From a virus, in the IMG/VR virus record IMGVR_UViG_3300027782_000066, positions 15,303-79,302 of that record: a stretch of DNA of 64,000 nucleotides; one strand, 5' to 3'. This document shows positions 33,653 to 43,254 of the stretch, piece after piece. Each line of letters begins with the position of its first letter. Position 1 is the stretch's first letter. Under the pieces are notes generated by a model. It was not told where the DNA came from, ran no database searches, and saw nothing but the letters and a program-made list of their open reading frames with translations. A program made the translations under genes and the position numbers.

Positions 33653-34594
33653 ATGAACCATAAATATCTCTGGGTGGAGAAATACCGCCCACAGACGATT
33701 GAAGAATGCATCCTTCCCGAGAGTATTAAACGGGACCTTCAACAACAGGTTGCTGCTGGTGAGTTGAATAATCTTCTTCTCACGGGTCCTCCTGGTGTAG
33801 GTAAAACAACTGCCGCTAAGGCACTCTGTAACGAACTCAACCTATCTCATATTGTAATCAATGGATCTGATGAAGGACGATTTTTGGACACGGTACGGAA
33901 CCAAGCAAAGCAGTTTGCTACGACCGTATCACTTCAAGGAACTAAGCACAAGGTCATCATTATTGATGAAGCAGATAACACAGGGAACGATGTACAACTC
34001 CTACTTAGGAGTAGTATTGAGGTGTATCATAGCAACTGCAGATTCATCTTCACCTGCAACTACAAAAACAAAATCATTGAACCCATCCAATCAAGATGTT
34101 CAGTCATTGATTTTACATACAAACGAAAAGAACGAGCGTCCGTCGCTTCTCAATTCTTTAAGAGAGTACAGGAAATCTTGGTTGCAGAGGGTGTTGAGTA
34201 TGATCCGAAGGTAGTTGCTGAACTGATTCAGAAACACTTCCCTGATTGGAGGCGTGTTCTAAATCAACTTCAGAAGTACGGTAATACTGGTTCTATTAAC
34301 ACTGGTATTCTTACAGAAGTTTCTGATGTTAATCTTCAAGAACTTTTGAGTGCTTTAAAAAATAAAGAGTTTGGAACTGTTCGTAAGTGGGTAGTCGCAA
34401 ATTTGGATAATGATTTCAATATGATTATTCATCGCATCTACGAAGCATTATATAATGTTCTTGTAGAAAATACTATTCCTGCTGCAGTTCTTATTATTGC
34501 TAAGTATCAGTACCAGGCGGCATTTGCTGCTGATCAGGAGATTAATCTTCTTGCCTGTCTTATAGAAATCATGATGGAGTGTCAATTTAAATGA
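33653..34594 (+). CDS. gp44: Clamp loader ATPase gp44
   Basis: LWVEKYRP; GPPGVGKTT; IIDEAD; SRC. Confidence 0.97.
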   Translation: MNHKYLWVEKYRPQTIEECILPESIKRDLQQQVAAGELNNLLLTGPPGVGKTTAAKALCNELNLSHIVINGSDEGRFLDTVRNQAKQFATTVSLQGTKHKVIIIDEADNTGNDVQLLLRSSIEVYHSNCRFIFTCNYKNKIIEPIQSRCSVIDFTYKRKERASVASQFFKRVQEILVAEGVEYDPKVVAELIQKHFPDWRRVLNQLQKYGNTGSINTGILTEVSDVNLQELLSALKNKEFGTVRKWVVANLDNDFNMIIHRIYEALYNVLVENTIPAAVLIIAKYQYQAAFAADQEINLLACLIEIMMECQFK

Positions 34595-34878
34595 ATGTAA
34601 AACTTATTCGTATGTCCTCTGGTGAGGATGTCATTGCTGATGTAGTAACTGAATTAGATGAATTTATTAGAATTCAAAATGCTATTGTAGGTGTACCTAC
34701 AGGGCAAGGAACATTAGCATTTGCTCCTTGGTCTCCTATGATTAGTAAAAAAGATAAAGAAATTGTTGTAGATCGTAGGTTCATAGTTTATATTGCTAGG
34801 GCAGATGAAAAAATTGTTGAGCAATACATGCAAATGTTTTCAGTAATTTCAACTTCAACCAAGAAACTTATTATTTGA
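34591..34878 (+). CDS. Hypothetical protein, Sm-like
   Basis: VKLIRMSSGEDVIADV...FAPW. Confidence 0.75.
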   Translation: MNVKLIRMSSGEDVIADVVTELDEFIRIQNAIVGVPTGQGTLAFAPWSPMISKKDKEIVVDRRFIVYIARADEKIVEQYMQMFSVISTSTKKLII

Positions 34879-34914
34879 TGAAATCTTTAAACCTTGACCT
34901 TCCAATTATTAACT

Positions 34915-35130
34915 ATGACTAAAGAATCTTATTTCGTTATTGCTAAAAACGGTGTTGCTCAACTCCGTAGTTTGTCTGGTCCTGTTGCCACATTTGGTAA
35001 GGATGTTTCTTCTGCCGTAATTCAGGGAGATAACATTGTAGTTACTCAGTATAATGGTACTATACAGATCTTCCAATTCACTGCATCTGGTAAAGGTGTG
35101 ATGGGTCCTATTCGTACAATTAAATCATGA
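34915..35130 (+). CDS. Hypothetical protein
   Basis: In-frame ATG at 34915 preferred over TTG at 34894; stop overlaps the gp62 start. Confidence 0.65.
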   Translation: MTKESYFVIAKNGVAQLRSLSGPVATFGKDVSSAVIQGDNIVVTQYNGTIQIFQFTASGKGVMGPIRTIKS

Positions 35131-35507
35131 AAACTGAACTGAAGCATTGGTTGAATTCCATCAACCACGAAAAAGAAAATATTATGACGGAGGATAATAA
35201 AAAAGAATATCCTCCTTTTATTATCAATCGTTGTCTCTCTGGTTTCATTGATACAGTTATGGCGGCAAATGAAATGAATATTAATCATCACCTTTCTTCC
35301 GAACTACAATATCACTTCTTACTAAATAATATCAGACCAAAAAGAAGATTTTCTCCGTGGTTGAAAAAAGAAAAATTAGATGATCTTGAAGTAGTCAAAT
35401 CTTATTATCACTATAGTGATGAGAAAGCAAAATCTGCTTTAAATATTCTTTCTAATGATCAACTTAATTCTATTAAACTGAAACAAATTAGAGGTGGAAA
35501 ACAATGA
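35127..35507 (+). CDS. gp62: Clamp loader subunit gp62
   Basis: WLNSIN...YPPFIINRCLS...RFSPW...YYHYSDEKA. Confidence 0.93.
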   Translation: MKTELKHWLNSINHEKENIMTEDNKKEYPPFIINRCLSGFIDTVMAANEMNINHHLSSELQYHFLLNNIRPKRRFSPWLKKEKLDDLEVVKSYYHYSDEKAKSALNILSNDQLNSIKLKQIRGGKQ

Positions 35508-35941
35508 CAACAGCAACTGATATTGAAGTATCTTGGACACCAGATCAAATGGTCGAAGTTACTTTGGCTGAACCTGATGATTTTCTTAAAGTACGTGAAA
35601 CGCTGACCCGTATTGGAGTTGCCTCACGTAAAGAAAAGAAACTCTATCAGAGCTGTCATATTCTGCATAAACAAGGACGATACTATATTGTTCATTTTAA
35701 AGAACTGTTTGCACTTGATGGTAAACATTCTAATCTAACACTGAATGATGTTCAACGTCGTAATCGTATTACTCAACTATTAGTTGATTGGGAATTGATT
35801 AGTGTAATTAAACCTGATCAGATTGAGGATGTATCACCGCTCAATCAAATCAAAGTCATTGCATATAAAGAGAAGAGTGAATGGATTTTGGAAGCAAAGT
35901 ATAACATTGGTAAGAAAAGAGTAGTGCCAACCGAAGAATAA
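35504..35941 (+). CDS. regA: Translational repressor RegA
   Basis: DDFLKVRETLTRIG...LYQSCHILHKQGRYYIVHFKELF. Confidence 0.97.
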   Translation: MTTATDIEVSWTPDQMVEVTLAEPDDFLKVRETLTRIGVASRKEKKLYQSCHILHKQGRYYIVHFKELFALDGKHSNLTLNDVQRRNRITQLLVDWELISVIKPDQIEDVSPLNQIKVIAYKEKSEWILEAKYNIGKKRVVPTEE

Positions 35942-35980
35942 TATACGGGGGCTTCTACCCTCTTGTTTTATAAAATGTGG

Positions 35981-36008
35981 TTAAATAGTAATGTCGCCTT
36001 CGGGGACA
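35981..36008 (+). promoter_or_regulatory. Late-promoter-like TTAAATA and a C(UUCG)G hairpin in the hsp20 leader
   Basis: TTAAATA at 35981-35987; TGTC-G-CC-TTCG-GG-GACA at 35992-36008. Confidence 0.55.
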
Positions 36009-36043
36009 ACTAAACTAACTACAGACGCTTAAGGAGGTCTACT

Positions 36044-36484
36044 ATGTTCACTACTACTAACGTGGTCAAATATAATGTCACAGACATTGATAAACTTTTA
36101 AATGATGCTAATAGATTTGGGATTGGAATGGATGAATGGATTCGTAGGTTTGCTACAGTACACGAATCAACGCCAAATTTTCCACCATACAATCTTATTC
36201 AAGAAAGTTCTACCCAGTATATTTTAGAAATTGCTCTGGCTGGATACAGAAAAGAGGACATTGAAGTTTCCACTGAATGGAATAAACTCTTTGTTGAATG
36301 TAAAAAATCAGAAGATGAATCTGAATATTTACATAATGGTATTGCTAAGAGAGCATTTACTCGCACTTGGACTTTATCTGATGATGTAGAAATTGGTAAT
36401 GTAAATTTTGCTGATGGTCTTCTGACTATTACACTTAATCGTATCATTCCAGAACATCAGAAGAAAAAAACATATACGTTATAA
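36044..36484 (+). CDS. hsp20: Small heat-shock protein Hsp20
   Basis: NFPPYNL; EIALAGY; YLHNGIAKRAFTRTWTL; FADGLLTI; strong AAGGAGG RBS. Confidence 0.95.
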   Translation: MFTTTNVVKYNVTDIDKLLNDANRFGIGMDEWIRRFATVHESTPNFPPYNLIQESSTQYILEIALAGYRKEDIEVSTEWNKLFVECKKSEDESEYLHNGIAKRAFTRTWTLSDDVEIGNVNFADGLLTITLNRIIPEHQKKKTYTL

Positions 36485-36516
36485 TAAATAGTATTGAGCT
36501 AACTATCGTTGCCACT

Positions 36517-36556
36517 GGAGCCTCCCTGCCAAATAACAGGGGTGGCTCCTTTTTTT
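36517..36556 (+). terminator. Rho-independent terminator
   Basis: GGAGCCTCCCTG-N8-CAGGGGTGGCTCC followed by T7. Confidence 0.85.
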
Positions 36557-36563
36557 ATAAATA
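36556..36563 (+). promoter_or_regulatory. T4-type late promoter
   Basis: TATAAATA upstream of ORF 36582. Confidence 0.8.
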
Positions 36564-36581
36564 AAAATAAACTCCTGCCTG

Positions 36582-37292
36582 ATGAAAACCTATAGAGATT
36601 TGAAATTAACTCTGCGTTATCATAATACTCTTAATTCTAAGTTCTGGGTTGGTGAGGCAATTAAGCCAGAAGTCAGAGAAGCATTATTGAAAATTGCTGA
36701 CGAGTGGGCACGGTTTGCTAACATTCCACTTCACGCTATTCAAGATGTAATCTTGGTTGGCGGTAATGCTAACTATAATTACACCAAGTATTCTGATTTA
36801 GATCTTCATCTATTAGTAAGGAAAGAAGAGATTGCTAACTGTCCAGAATTAATTGATGATTATCTTCAGGATAAGAAGCAACTGTGGGCATTAACTCATA
36901 ACATTCAAATCTATGGGCACGATGTAGAATTATATGCTCAGGATTTATCTGCACCAACTCCATCAGGTCAAGGAGTATTCTCACTTCAAAGTAGTTTGTG
37001 GTTAATCCGTCCCGTATATCAAGAAGTTAATTTATCTGATCCAGCAATCACTGCTAAAGTGAAACAGTATATGGATAAGATTGATTTTCTTATTCAGAAC
37101 AAAGCAGATGACCGTGATGCTTTTGAAAAGTTGAAAGAAAAAATTCGTGAAATGAGAGCATCCTCAATTCAACGTGGTGGAGAATTTGCTGTAGAAAATC
37201 TTGTATTCAAAGAACTTCGTAACAGAGGATACTTAGATAAACTCAGTCAGCATTTGAAAAGTCTTAAGGTAACGAGCTTGTCATTGAACTAA
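36582..37292 (+). CDS. Pol-beta-superfamily nucleotidyltransferase-like protein
   Basis: VILVGGNANYNYTKYSDLDLH (G[GS]-x-DxD signature) and a downstream acidic strand (HDVELY). Confidence 0.75.
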   Translation: MKTYRDLKLTLRYHNTLNSKFWVGEAIKPEVREALLKIADEWARFANIPLHAIQDVILVGGNANYNYTKYSDLDLHLLVRKEEIANCPELIDDYLQDKKQLWALTHNIQIYGHDVELYAQDLSAPTPSGQGVFSLQSSLWLIRPVYQEVNLSDPAITAKVKQYMDKIDFLIQNKADDRDAFEKLKEKIREMRASSIQRGGEFAVENLVFKELRNRGYLDKLSQHLKSLKVTSLSLN

Positions 37293-37306
37293 CTCTGTGC
37301 TATAAT
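37278..37306 (+). promoter_or_regulatory. Sigma70-type promoter for the polymerase operon
   Basis: TTGTCA-N17-TATAAT with TG extension. Confidence 0.75.
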
Positions 37307-37329
37307 TGGGTATATTTCGTGAGAGGTTT

Positions 37330-37653
37330 ATGACCGTTCAACTCGTGCTGCTTAAGTCGGGGGAAGAACTTATTGCAGATGTAAGGGAAATTGTGGATAA
37401 GGATACTGAAAAATCTATGAGTTTAGTATTCATTAATCCTCATATTTTAGTGACCTCTGGTGATACTTTAGTGTTTGATCCGTGGCTTCCTTTGTCTGAT
37501 TCACGACAGTTTTTTATCCCTTATGACTGGGTAGTAACTGTTTGTCAGCCAGTCAATCATATTGTAGAAGAATTTAACAACCAATTTGGAGAAAATAATG
37601 ACAGTCAAAGTGATTCTATTGAAAACCCATCAGTGTCTGATCTCGGAGATTGA
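37330..37653 (+). CDS. Hypothetical protein, Sm-like
   Basis: ATG at 37330 after GAGG; VQLVLLKSGEELIADV...PWLPLS...DWVVT. Confidence 0.75.
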   Translation: MTVQLVLLKSGEELIADVREIVDKDTEKSMSLVFINPHILVTSGDTLVFDPWLPLSDSRQFFIPYDWVVTVCQPVNHIVEEFNNQFGENNDSQSDSIENPSVSDLGD

Positions 37654-37927
37654 AGAACGAGAAGATGAAGATGCTGATTGCGTACTGATTAATCCTAAAG
37701 AAATTGTACGCAACTATCTTTATGAAGAAGAAGATGAAATCCCACCTAATTGTTTAGAATTTGGAACAGAATTTCTTGGTAAGAAGGGGGCACGGGTATA
37801 TTTGACTCTTGATAATTATATTGATTATACTTATCAAAAACAAATTCCCATCAGATCTACTGATATTATGACCATTGTAGATCCTCGTGAGGATGTGCTA
37901 AAATTTTATCATGAAGTTGTTGGTTGA
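37598..37927 (+). CDS. Hypothetical protein, Sm-like
   Basis: ATG at 37598 after GGAG; VKVILLKT...LISEI...LINP...IMTIVDP. Confidence 0.7.
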   Translation: MTVKVILLKTHQCLISEIEEREDEDADCVLINPKEIVRNYLYEEEDEIPPNCLEFGTEFLGKKGARVYLTLDNYIDYTYQKQIPIRSTDIMTIVDPREDVLKFYHEVVG

Positions 37928-40419
37928 TGAATTTTTACACAAATGTTGTTATTGTTTCCGACACGGTTCTTTATCGTGGTTTCTCGGGAGGTGAACGTGT
38001 TGAGTTGAGGGAGAAATTCTCTCCAACTCTTTTTGTTTCAAGTAAGAATGAAACCAAATATAAAACTCTTGAAGGTGAATGTGTAGAACCTATTAAGTTT
38101 GGTGGTATCAATGAAGCAAAAGAATTTGTCAAGAACTATGAGGCAGTAGAAAATTTTACCATCTATGGTAATACCAAGTATCTGTATCAATACATCCTGT
38201 CGGAGTATCCTAAGGAAGTTGATTATGATTTTACTAAACTGAATATTATTTCTTTGGATATTGAAACTACTTCGGAGAATGGTTTCCCAAATGTTGAAGA
38301 AGCAATTGAGGAAATTCTTTGCATCACAGTCAAAGATTTTACCTCCAAGAAAATTACAACTTGGGGTTGTGGTGAGTTTGAAAACTCTCGTGCTGATGTG
38401 AATTATATCTATTGTGAGAACGAGAAAGATCTTCTCTTAAAATTCCAGCACTTCTGGGTTAATGCAACACCAGACATTGTTACTGGATGGAATGTTAAGC
38501 ACTTTGATATTCCATTCATCTGCCGTCGTATGAATCGTGTACTTAACACTAAGCATATGAAATCTCTATCTCCTTGGAACCTCGTGTATGAGCGTGATGT
38601 TTATATTAAGGGACAGAAAAAGATTTACTATGACATTCTCGGAGTAGCTACATTAGACTATTACGATCTCTATCAGAAATTTACATACACCAATCAGGAG
38701 AGTTATCGCCTGGATCATATTGCATCTGTGGAACTTAATGCAAACAAACTAGACCACAGTGAGTTTGAAAACTTTCAAGATTTCTATCGTAACAACTGGC
38801 AGAAGTTTATTGAGTACAACATCCACGACGTAGAACTTGTGGACATGTTGGAAGATAAAATGAAATTGATTGAACTTGCTGTGACGATGGCATATGACGC
38901 AAAGGTAAACTTTGAGGATGTGTTCTATCAGGTTCGTATGTGGGACAGTATTATTTACGATGCTCTTTCACAGGAGAATATTGTCATTCCTCCAAAGAGT
39001 AATAGTACTAAGGACCAACAATATGCTGGTGCTTATGTGAAAGAACCTGTTCCTGGTATGTACGATTGGGTGGTGAACTTTGACTTAAACTCTCTGTATC
39101 CACACCTGATTATGCAGTACAACATCAGTCCTGAGACGCTCCTGGATGAGCGTGTGAGTGGCATTAATGTGGACCGTCTCCTTAATCAAGAGATTGATAC
39201 GAGCACCCTGCAGGGGGTTACGCTGTGCCCTAACGGCACTCTGTACAACACCACCAAGCAGGGGTTCCTCCCTAAACTGATGCAGAAGATCTATGATGAA
39301 CGTACCATCTATAAAAAGAAAATGCTTGCTGCTAAGCAGGAGTATGAGAACACTAAAAATCCTGAATTGCTGAAGGATATTTCTAAGTACAATAACATTC
39401 AGATGGCACGTAAGATTCAACTTAACTCTGCCTATGGTGCTATTGGCAATGAGTATTTTCGCTATTTCCGAATAGAGAATGCTGAAGCAATTACTCTGTC
39501 TGGTCAACTTTCAATTCGCTGGATTGAAAAGAAAATGAATGAATACCTTAACCGTATCTTAAAAACAGGAGACAAAGATTATGTCATTGCTATTGATACT
39601 GATTCCATTTATCTCAATCTGGGTGATCTGGTGCAATCTGTATTCAAGGGAAGAAAAACGCCTGATGAGAAAATTGTTGGGTTCCTTGACAAGATCTGTC
39701 AAGTGGAACTTGAACCTTTTATTGAAGGTTGCTATGAAGAACTGGCGAAGTATGTAAATGCTTATGCTCAGAAGATGAATATGAAGCGTGAGAACATTGC
39801 CAATCGTGGTTTCTGGACCGTGAAGAAGCGTTATGTTCTTAACGTATGGGACAGTGAAGGTGTTCGTTATAAAGAACCTAAGATGAAAATCTGTGGTATG
39901 GAAACTCAACGTTCTTCCACTCCATCATACTATCGAGATAAATTATATGAGGCATACAAAATCATTATCAATGGTACTAATGATGACCTTATTATATTCG
40001 TTGATAAGATCAAGACCGATAGTAAAAAGCAAAGTTATGTTGACGTAGCATCACCCAGAGGTTGTAATAATCTTGAAAAATATAGAAGTTATAGTAGCGT
40101 TTATAAACCCGCTACGCCAATTGCTGTCAGAGGTGCATTACTTTATAATCACTATGTACGAGAGCATAAGATTACTAATAGATTTCCTATCATCCAAGAG
40201 GGAGAAAAAATCAAATTCATCTATTTGAAAACTCCAAACCCAATTGGAGAGAACGTAATCTCATTCTTCCAGAGTATCCCGCCTGAATTTGGTCTGGAAA
40301 AGTACATTGACTATACACTGCAATTTGAAAAGTCCTTCTTAGAACCGCTCAAATCTGTGTTAGAATGCATTCACTGGCAATACGAACGTCGTGGTTCACT
40401 TACAAATTTCTTTAGTTGA
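37927..40419 (+). CDS. gp43: Family B DNA polymerase gp43
   Basis: Exonuclease DIETT; FDLNSLYPHLI; KIQLNSAYG; DTDS; uninterrupted. Confidence 0.99.
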   Translation: MNFYTNVVIVSDTVLYRGFSGGERVELREKFSPTLFVSSKNETKYKTLEGECVEPIKFGGINEAKEFVKNYEAVENFTIYGNTKYLYQYILSEYPKEVDYDFTKLNIISLDIETTSENGFPNVEEAIEEILCITVKDFTSKKITTWGCGEFENSRADVNYIYCENEKDLLLKFQHFWVNATPDIVTGWNVKHFDIPFICRRMNRVLNTKHMKSLSPWNLVYERDVYIKGQKKIYYDILGVATLDYYDLYQKFTYTNQESYRLDHIASVELNANKLDHSEFENFQDFYRNNWQKFIEYNIHDVELVDMLEDKMKLIELAVTMAYDAKVNFEDVFYQVRMWDSIIYDALSQENIVIPPKSNSTKDQQYAGAYVKEPVPGMYDWVVNFDLNSLYPHLIMQYNISPETLLDERVSGINVDRLLNQEIDTSTLQGVTLCPNGTLYNTTKQGFLPKLMQKIYDERTIYKKKMLAAKQEYENTKNPELLKDISKYNNIQMARKIQLNSAYGAIGNEYFRYFRIENAEAITLSGQLSIRWIEKKMNEYLNRILKTGDKDYVIAIDTDSIYLNLGDLVQSVFKGRKTPDEKIVGFLDKICQVELEPFIEGCYEELAKYVNAYAQKMNMKRENIANRGFWTVKKRYVLNVWDSEGVRYKEPKMKICGMETQRSSTPSYYRDKLYEAYKIIINGTNDDLIIFVDKIKTDSKKQSYVDVASPRGCNNLEKYRSYSSVYKPATPIAVRGALLYNHYVREHKITNRFPIIQEGEKIKFIYLKTPNPIGENVISFFQSIPPEFGLEKYIDYTLQFEKSFLEPLKSVLECIHWQYERRGSLTNFFS

Positions 40420-40425
40420 GGTATT

Positions 40426-41436
40426 ATGAGTTTTTTAAACAATGTTATTAAAGAGTTAGACAATCCATACGCAAATGTTGTGGATGATTCAACTGTATGT
40501 AAGACGTTTGTTGATACTGGGTCTTACATACTCAATGCTCTTATCAGTGGGAGCATATTTGGTGGTCTCCCATCAAATAAAATCACTGCACTTGCGGGAG
40601 AATCTGGTACAGGTAAAACTTTCTTTGCTCTCTCCATCGTCAAGCACTTTCTTGATAGCAACCCAGAAGCACAAGTAATCTATTTTGAATCTGAATCAGC
40701 TATCGAAAAGGATATGCTTGGTGTTCGTGGTATTGATATTAAACGTGTTGGTTTAGTTCCTGTTACTACGGTACAAGAGTTTCGCACTCAAAGTATTAAA
40801 GTAGTCGATGAATATATGAAACTTAAGAAAGAAGTTAGACCTCCGCTGCTTTTTGTGCTAGACTCCTTAGGTATGCTCTCTACTACTAAAGAGGTTCAGG
40901 ATGCTACCGATGGTAAGGAAACTAAAGACATGACCCGTGCTCAGGTTATCAAATCCATCTTTCGTATTCTTTCACTCAAGTTGGGTCAAGCAGAAATTCC
41001 TTTGATTGTTACAAATCACACATACGATGTGGTTGGTGCTTATGTACCAACTAAAGAAATGGGTGGCGGCAGTGGTCTAAAGTATTCAGCATCGTCTATT
41101 CTTTTTCTTTCCAAGAAGAAGGAGAAAGATGGCACTGAAGTTATTGGCAACATCATTAAAGTGAAGGCACATAAGTCACGCTTTACAAAAGAAAATTCCA
41201 TTATTGAAACGAGGTTATACTATGATGCAAGAGGTCTCGACAAGTATTACGGGTTGGTCGAACTTGGAGCAAAGCACGGAGTATTTGAACCTGTGGGTAA
41301 CCGTGTTAAGGTGGGGGATATCACTGTATATCCTTCGGTCATTTATAAAGATCCTGATAAGTATTTCACTCCAGAAATCCTCCAAGCACTTGACGAATGT
41401 GCCCGAAAAGAATTCTCCTACGGATCTGAATCTTGA
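40426..41436 (+). CDS. uvsX: RecA-like recombinase UvsX
   Basis: GESGTGKT; DSLGML; MGGGSGLKY. Confidence 0.97.
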   Translation: MSFLNNVIKELDNPYANVVDDSTVCKTFVDTGSYILNALISGSIFGGLPSNKITALAGESGTGKTFFALSIVKHFLDSNPEAQVIYFESESAIEKDMLGVRGIDIKRVGLVPVTTVQEFRTQSIKVVDEYMKLKKEVRPPLLFVLDSLGMLSTTKEVQDATDGKETKDMTRAQVIKSIFRILSLKLGQAEIPLIVTNHTYDVVGAYVPTKEMGGGSGLKYSASSILFLSKKKEKDGTEVIGNIIKVKAHKSRFTKENSIIETRLYYDARGLDKYYGLVELGAKHGVFEPVGNRVKVGDITVYPSVIYKDPDKYFTPEILQALDECARKEFSYGSES

Positions 41437-42818
41437 TGGAAACGATTGAAAGTACAATTCTGAAGAACCTCGTTTCTAACGAGAGTTATATGCGTAAGGT
41501 AGTACCTTATATCAAGGGTGAATACTTTACGCAGTATTCTGATAAGATTATGTTTGATATTATTTCAGACTTTGTAGTTTCATATGGTCAATGTCCTACT
41601 AAGGAAGTTCTACAGATTGAAGTAGAGAATCGTAAGGATTTGAATGAAGATTCTTATAAGGAGTTACAAATCAAGATTGATGATATCAGCAACACTGAAG
41701 TAGATTTTCAATGGATGTTGGATTCTACTGAGAAGTGGTGTAAGCAGAGAGCAGTATATCTTGCACTTCTTGAGAGTGTAAAGATTGCAGACGGCAAGGA
41801 TAAGAACCGTACTGAAGATGCCATTCCAAGTATTCTTCAGGAAGCACTTGCTGTATCATTTGATGAACATATTGGTCACGATTATATTGAAGATTTTGAA
41901 AAACGATTTGAATACTATCACCGAAAGGAAAATAAAATTCCGTTTGATTTAGAACTCTTCAATAAGATTACCAAAGGTGGTCTGCCTAATAAGACATTGA
42001 ATGTTGCCCTCGCTGGTACTGGTGTGGGTAAATCATTGTTTATGTGTCACTGTGCTGCTGCTGCGCTCACCGAAGGTAAGAATGTTTTATACATTACTTT
42101 GGAGATGGCAGAAGAAAAGATTGCTGAACGTATTGATGCTAATCTTCTCAATGTCAATATCAAAGACATTGAGGATATGCCAGAACAATTGTTCAGTAGT
42201 AAGATTACAAGACTAGCACAGAAAACTTCAGGGAAACTTATTGTTAAAGAGTATCCAACTGCATCTGCTCACTCTGGGCATTTCAAAGCACTTCTTAATG
42301 ATCTTTCAATGAAGAAAAATTTCAAACCAAATTTAATCTTTATTGATTATCTGAACATCTGTTCCTCGTCTAGATATAAAGGATCATTGGTTAATTCTTA
42401 TACCTATGTTAAAGCAATTGCAGAGGAACTTAGAGGGTTGGCTGTGGAGTTCAATGTCCCCATTATGTCTGCTACTCAAACTACTCGTAGTGGTTATGGT
42501 AGTACTGATGTTGACCTTACCGACACTTCTGAATCCTTCGGTCTTCCTGCTACTGCTGACTTTATGTTTGCTCTTATAAGCACTGAAGAATTAGAAAACC
42601 TTAATCAGATTATGGTTAAGCAACTGAAGAACCGTTACAACGATCCTACTATATTCAAAAGATTTGTGGTGGGTATTGACAGAGCGAAGATGAGGTTGTA
42701 TGATGTAGAACAATCTGCTCAGAAGGACATTGGCGATTCTGGGCAGCAATATGACTTTGAGGAAGTTGCCAAAACTCAAAGTACTTCAAAGGCAAAACTA
42801 ACCGATTTTAAATTTTAA
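41436..42818 (+). CDS. gp41: Replicative helicase gp41
   Basis: AGTGVGKS; TLEMAEE; IDYL; SESFGLPATAD; KQLKNRY. Confidence 0.98.
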   Translation: METIESTILKNLVSNESYMRKVVPYIKGEYFTQYSDKIMFDIISDFVVSYGQCPTKEVLQIEVENRKDLNEDSYKELQIKIDDISNTEVDFQWMLDSTEKWCKQRAVYLALLESVKIADGKDKNRTEDAIPSILQEALAVSFDEHIGHDYIEDFEKRFEYYHRKENKIPFDLELFNKITKGGLPNKTLNVALAGTGVGKSLFMCHCAAAALTEGKNVLYITLEMAEEKIAERIDANLLNVNIKDIEDMPEQLFSSKITRLAQKTSGKLIVKEYPTASAHSGHFKALLNDLSMKKNFKPNLIFIDYLNICSSSRYKGSLVNSYTYVKAIAEELRGLAVEFNVPIMSATQTTRSGYGSTDVDLTDTSESFGLPATADFMFALISTEELENLNQIMVKQLKNRYNDPTIFKRFVVGIDRAKMRLYDVEQSAQKDIGDSGQQYDFEEVAKTQSTSKAKLTDFKF

Positions 42819-42821
42819 TCT

Positions 42822-43226
42822 ATGACTATTGATTTGGATAAGTATGTTCAATTTGTTGGTGCTGTTACCAGTCCAGCATCCCGTAATACCACAGAGTTTG
42901 TTGATCGCATTCTTGAATTGAAAGATCAAGGTGCTGACATTCAACGTCTGCTTACTGCTGCTTGTGGTATTACTGCTGAGGGCGGAGAGTTTACTGAGAT
43001 TGTAAAGAAGATTGCATTTCAAGGAAAACCTTATAATGAAGATAATGTCTATCATATGAAGCGGGAACTTGGAGATATTATGTGGTACATTGCTCAAGCG
43101 TGTATTGCTCTTGATATGTCATTTGAAGAGATTGCTCAGATGAACTTTGATAAGTTGAATGCACGATACCCAGAAGGAACGTTCAGTATTGAACGAAGTG
43201 AGAACCGAGTAACTAATGATATCTAA
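42822..43226 (+). CDS. mazG: MazG-like NTP pyrophosphatase
   Basis: AEGGEFTEIVKK...ELGDIMWY...KLNARYP. Confidence 0.93.
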   Translation: MTIDLDKYVQFVGAVTSPASRNTTEFVDRILELKDQGADIQRLLTAACGITAEGGEFTEIVKKIAFQGKPYNEDNVYHMKRELGDIMWYIAQACIALDMSFEEIAQMNFDKLNARYPEGTFSIERSENRVTNDI

Positions 43227-43254
43227 TAAATACCCCCTATAAGGGGGATTTTTT
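43225..43254 (+). promoter_or_regulatory. Late-promoter-like AATAAATA adjoining a terminator-like hairpin
   Basis: AATAAATA at 43225-43232; CCCCCT-ATA-AGGGGG then ATTTTTT. Confidence 0.6.
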
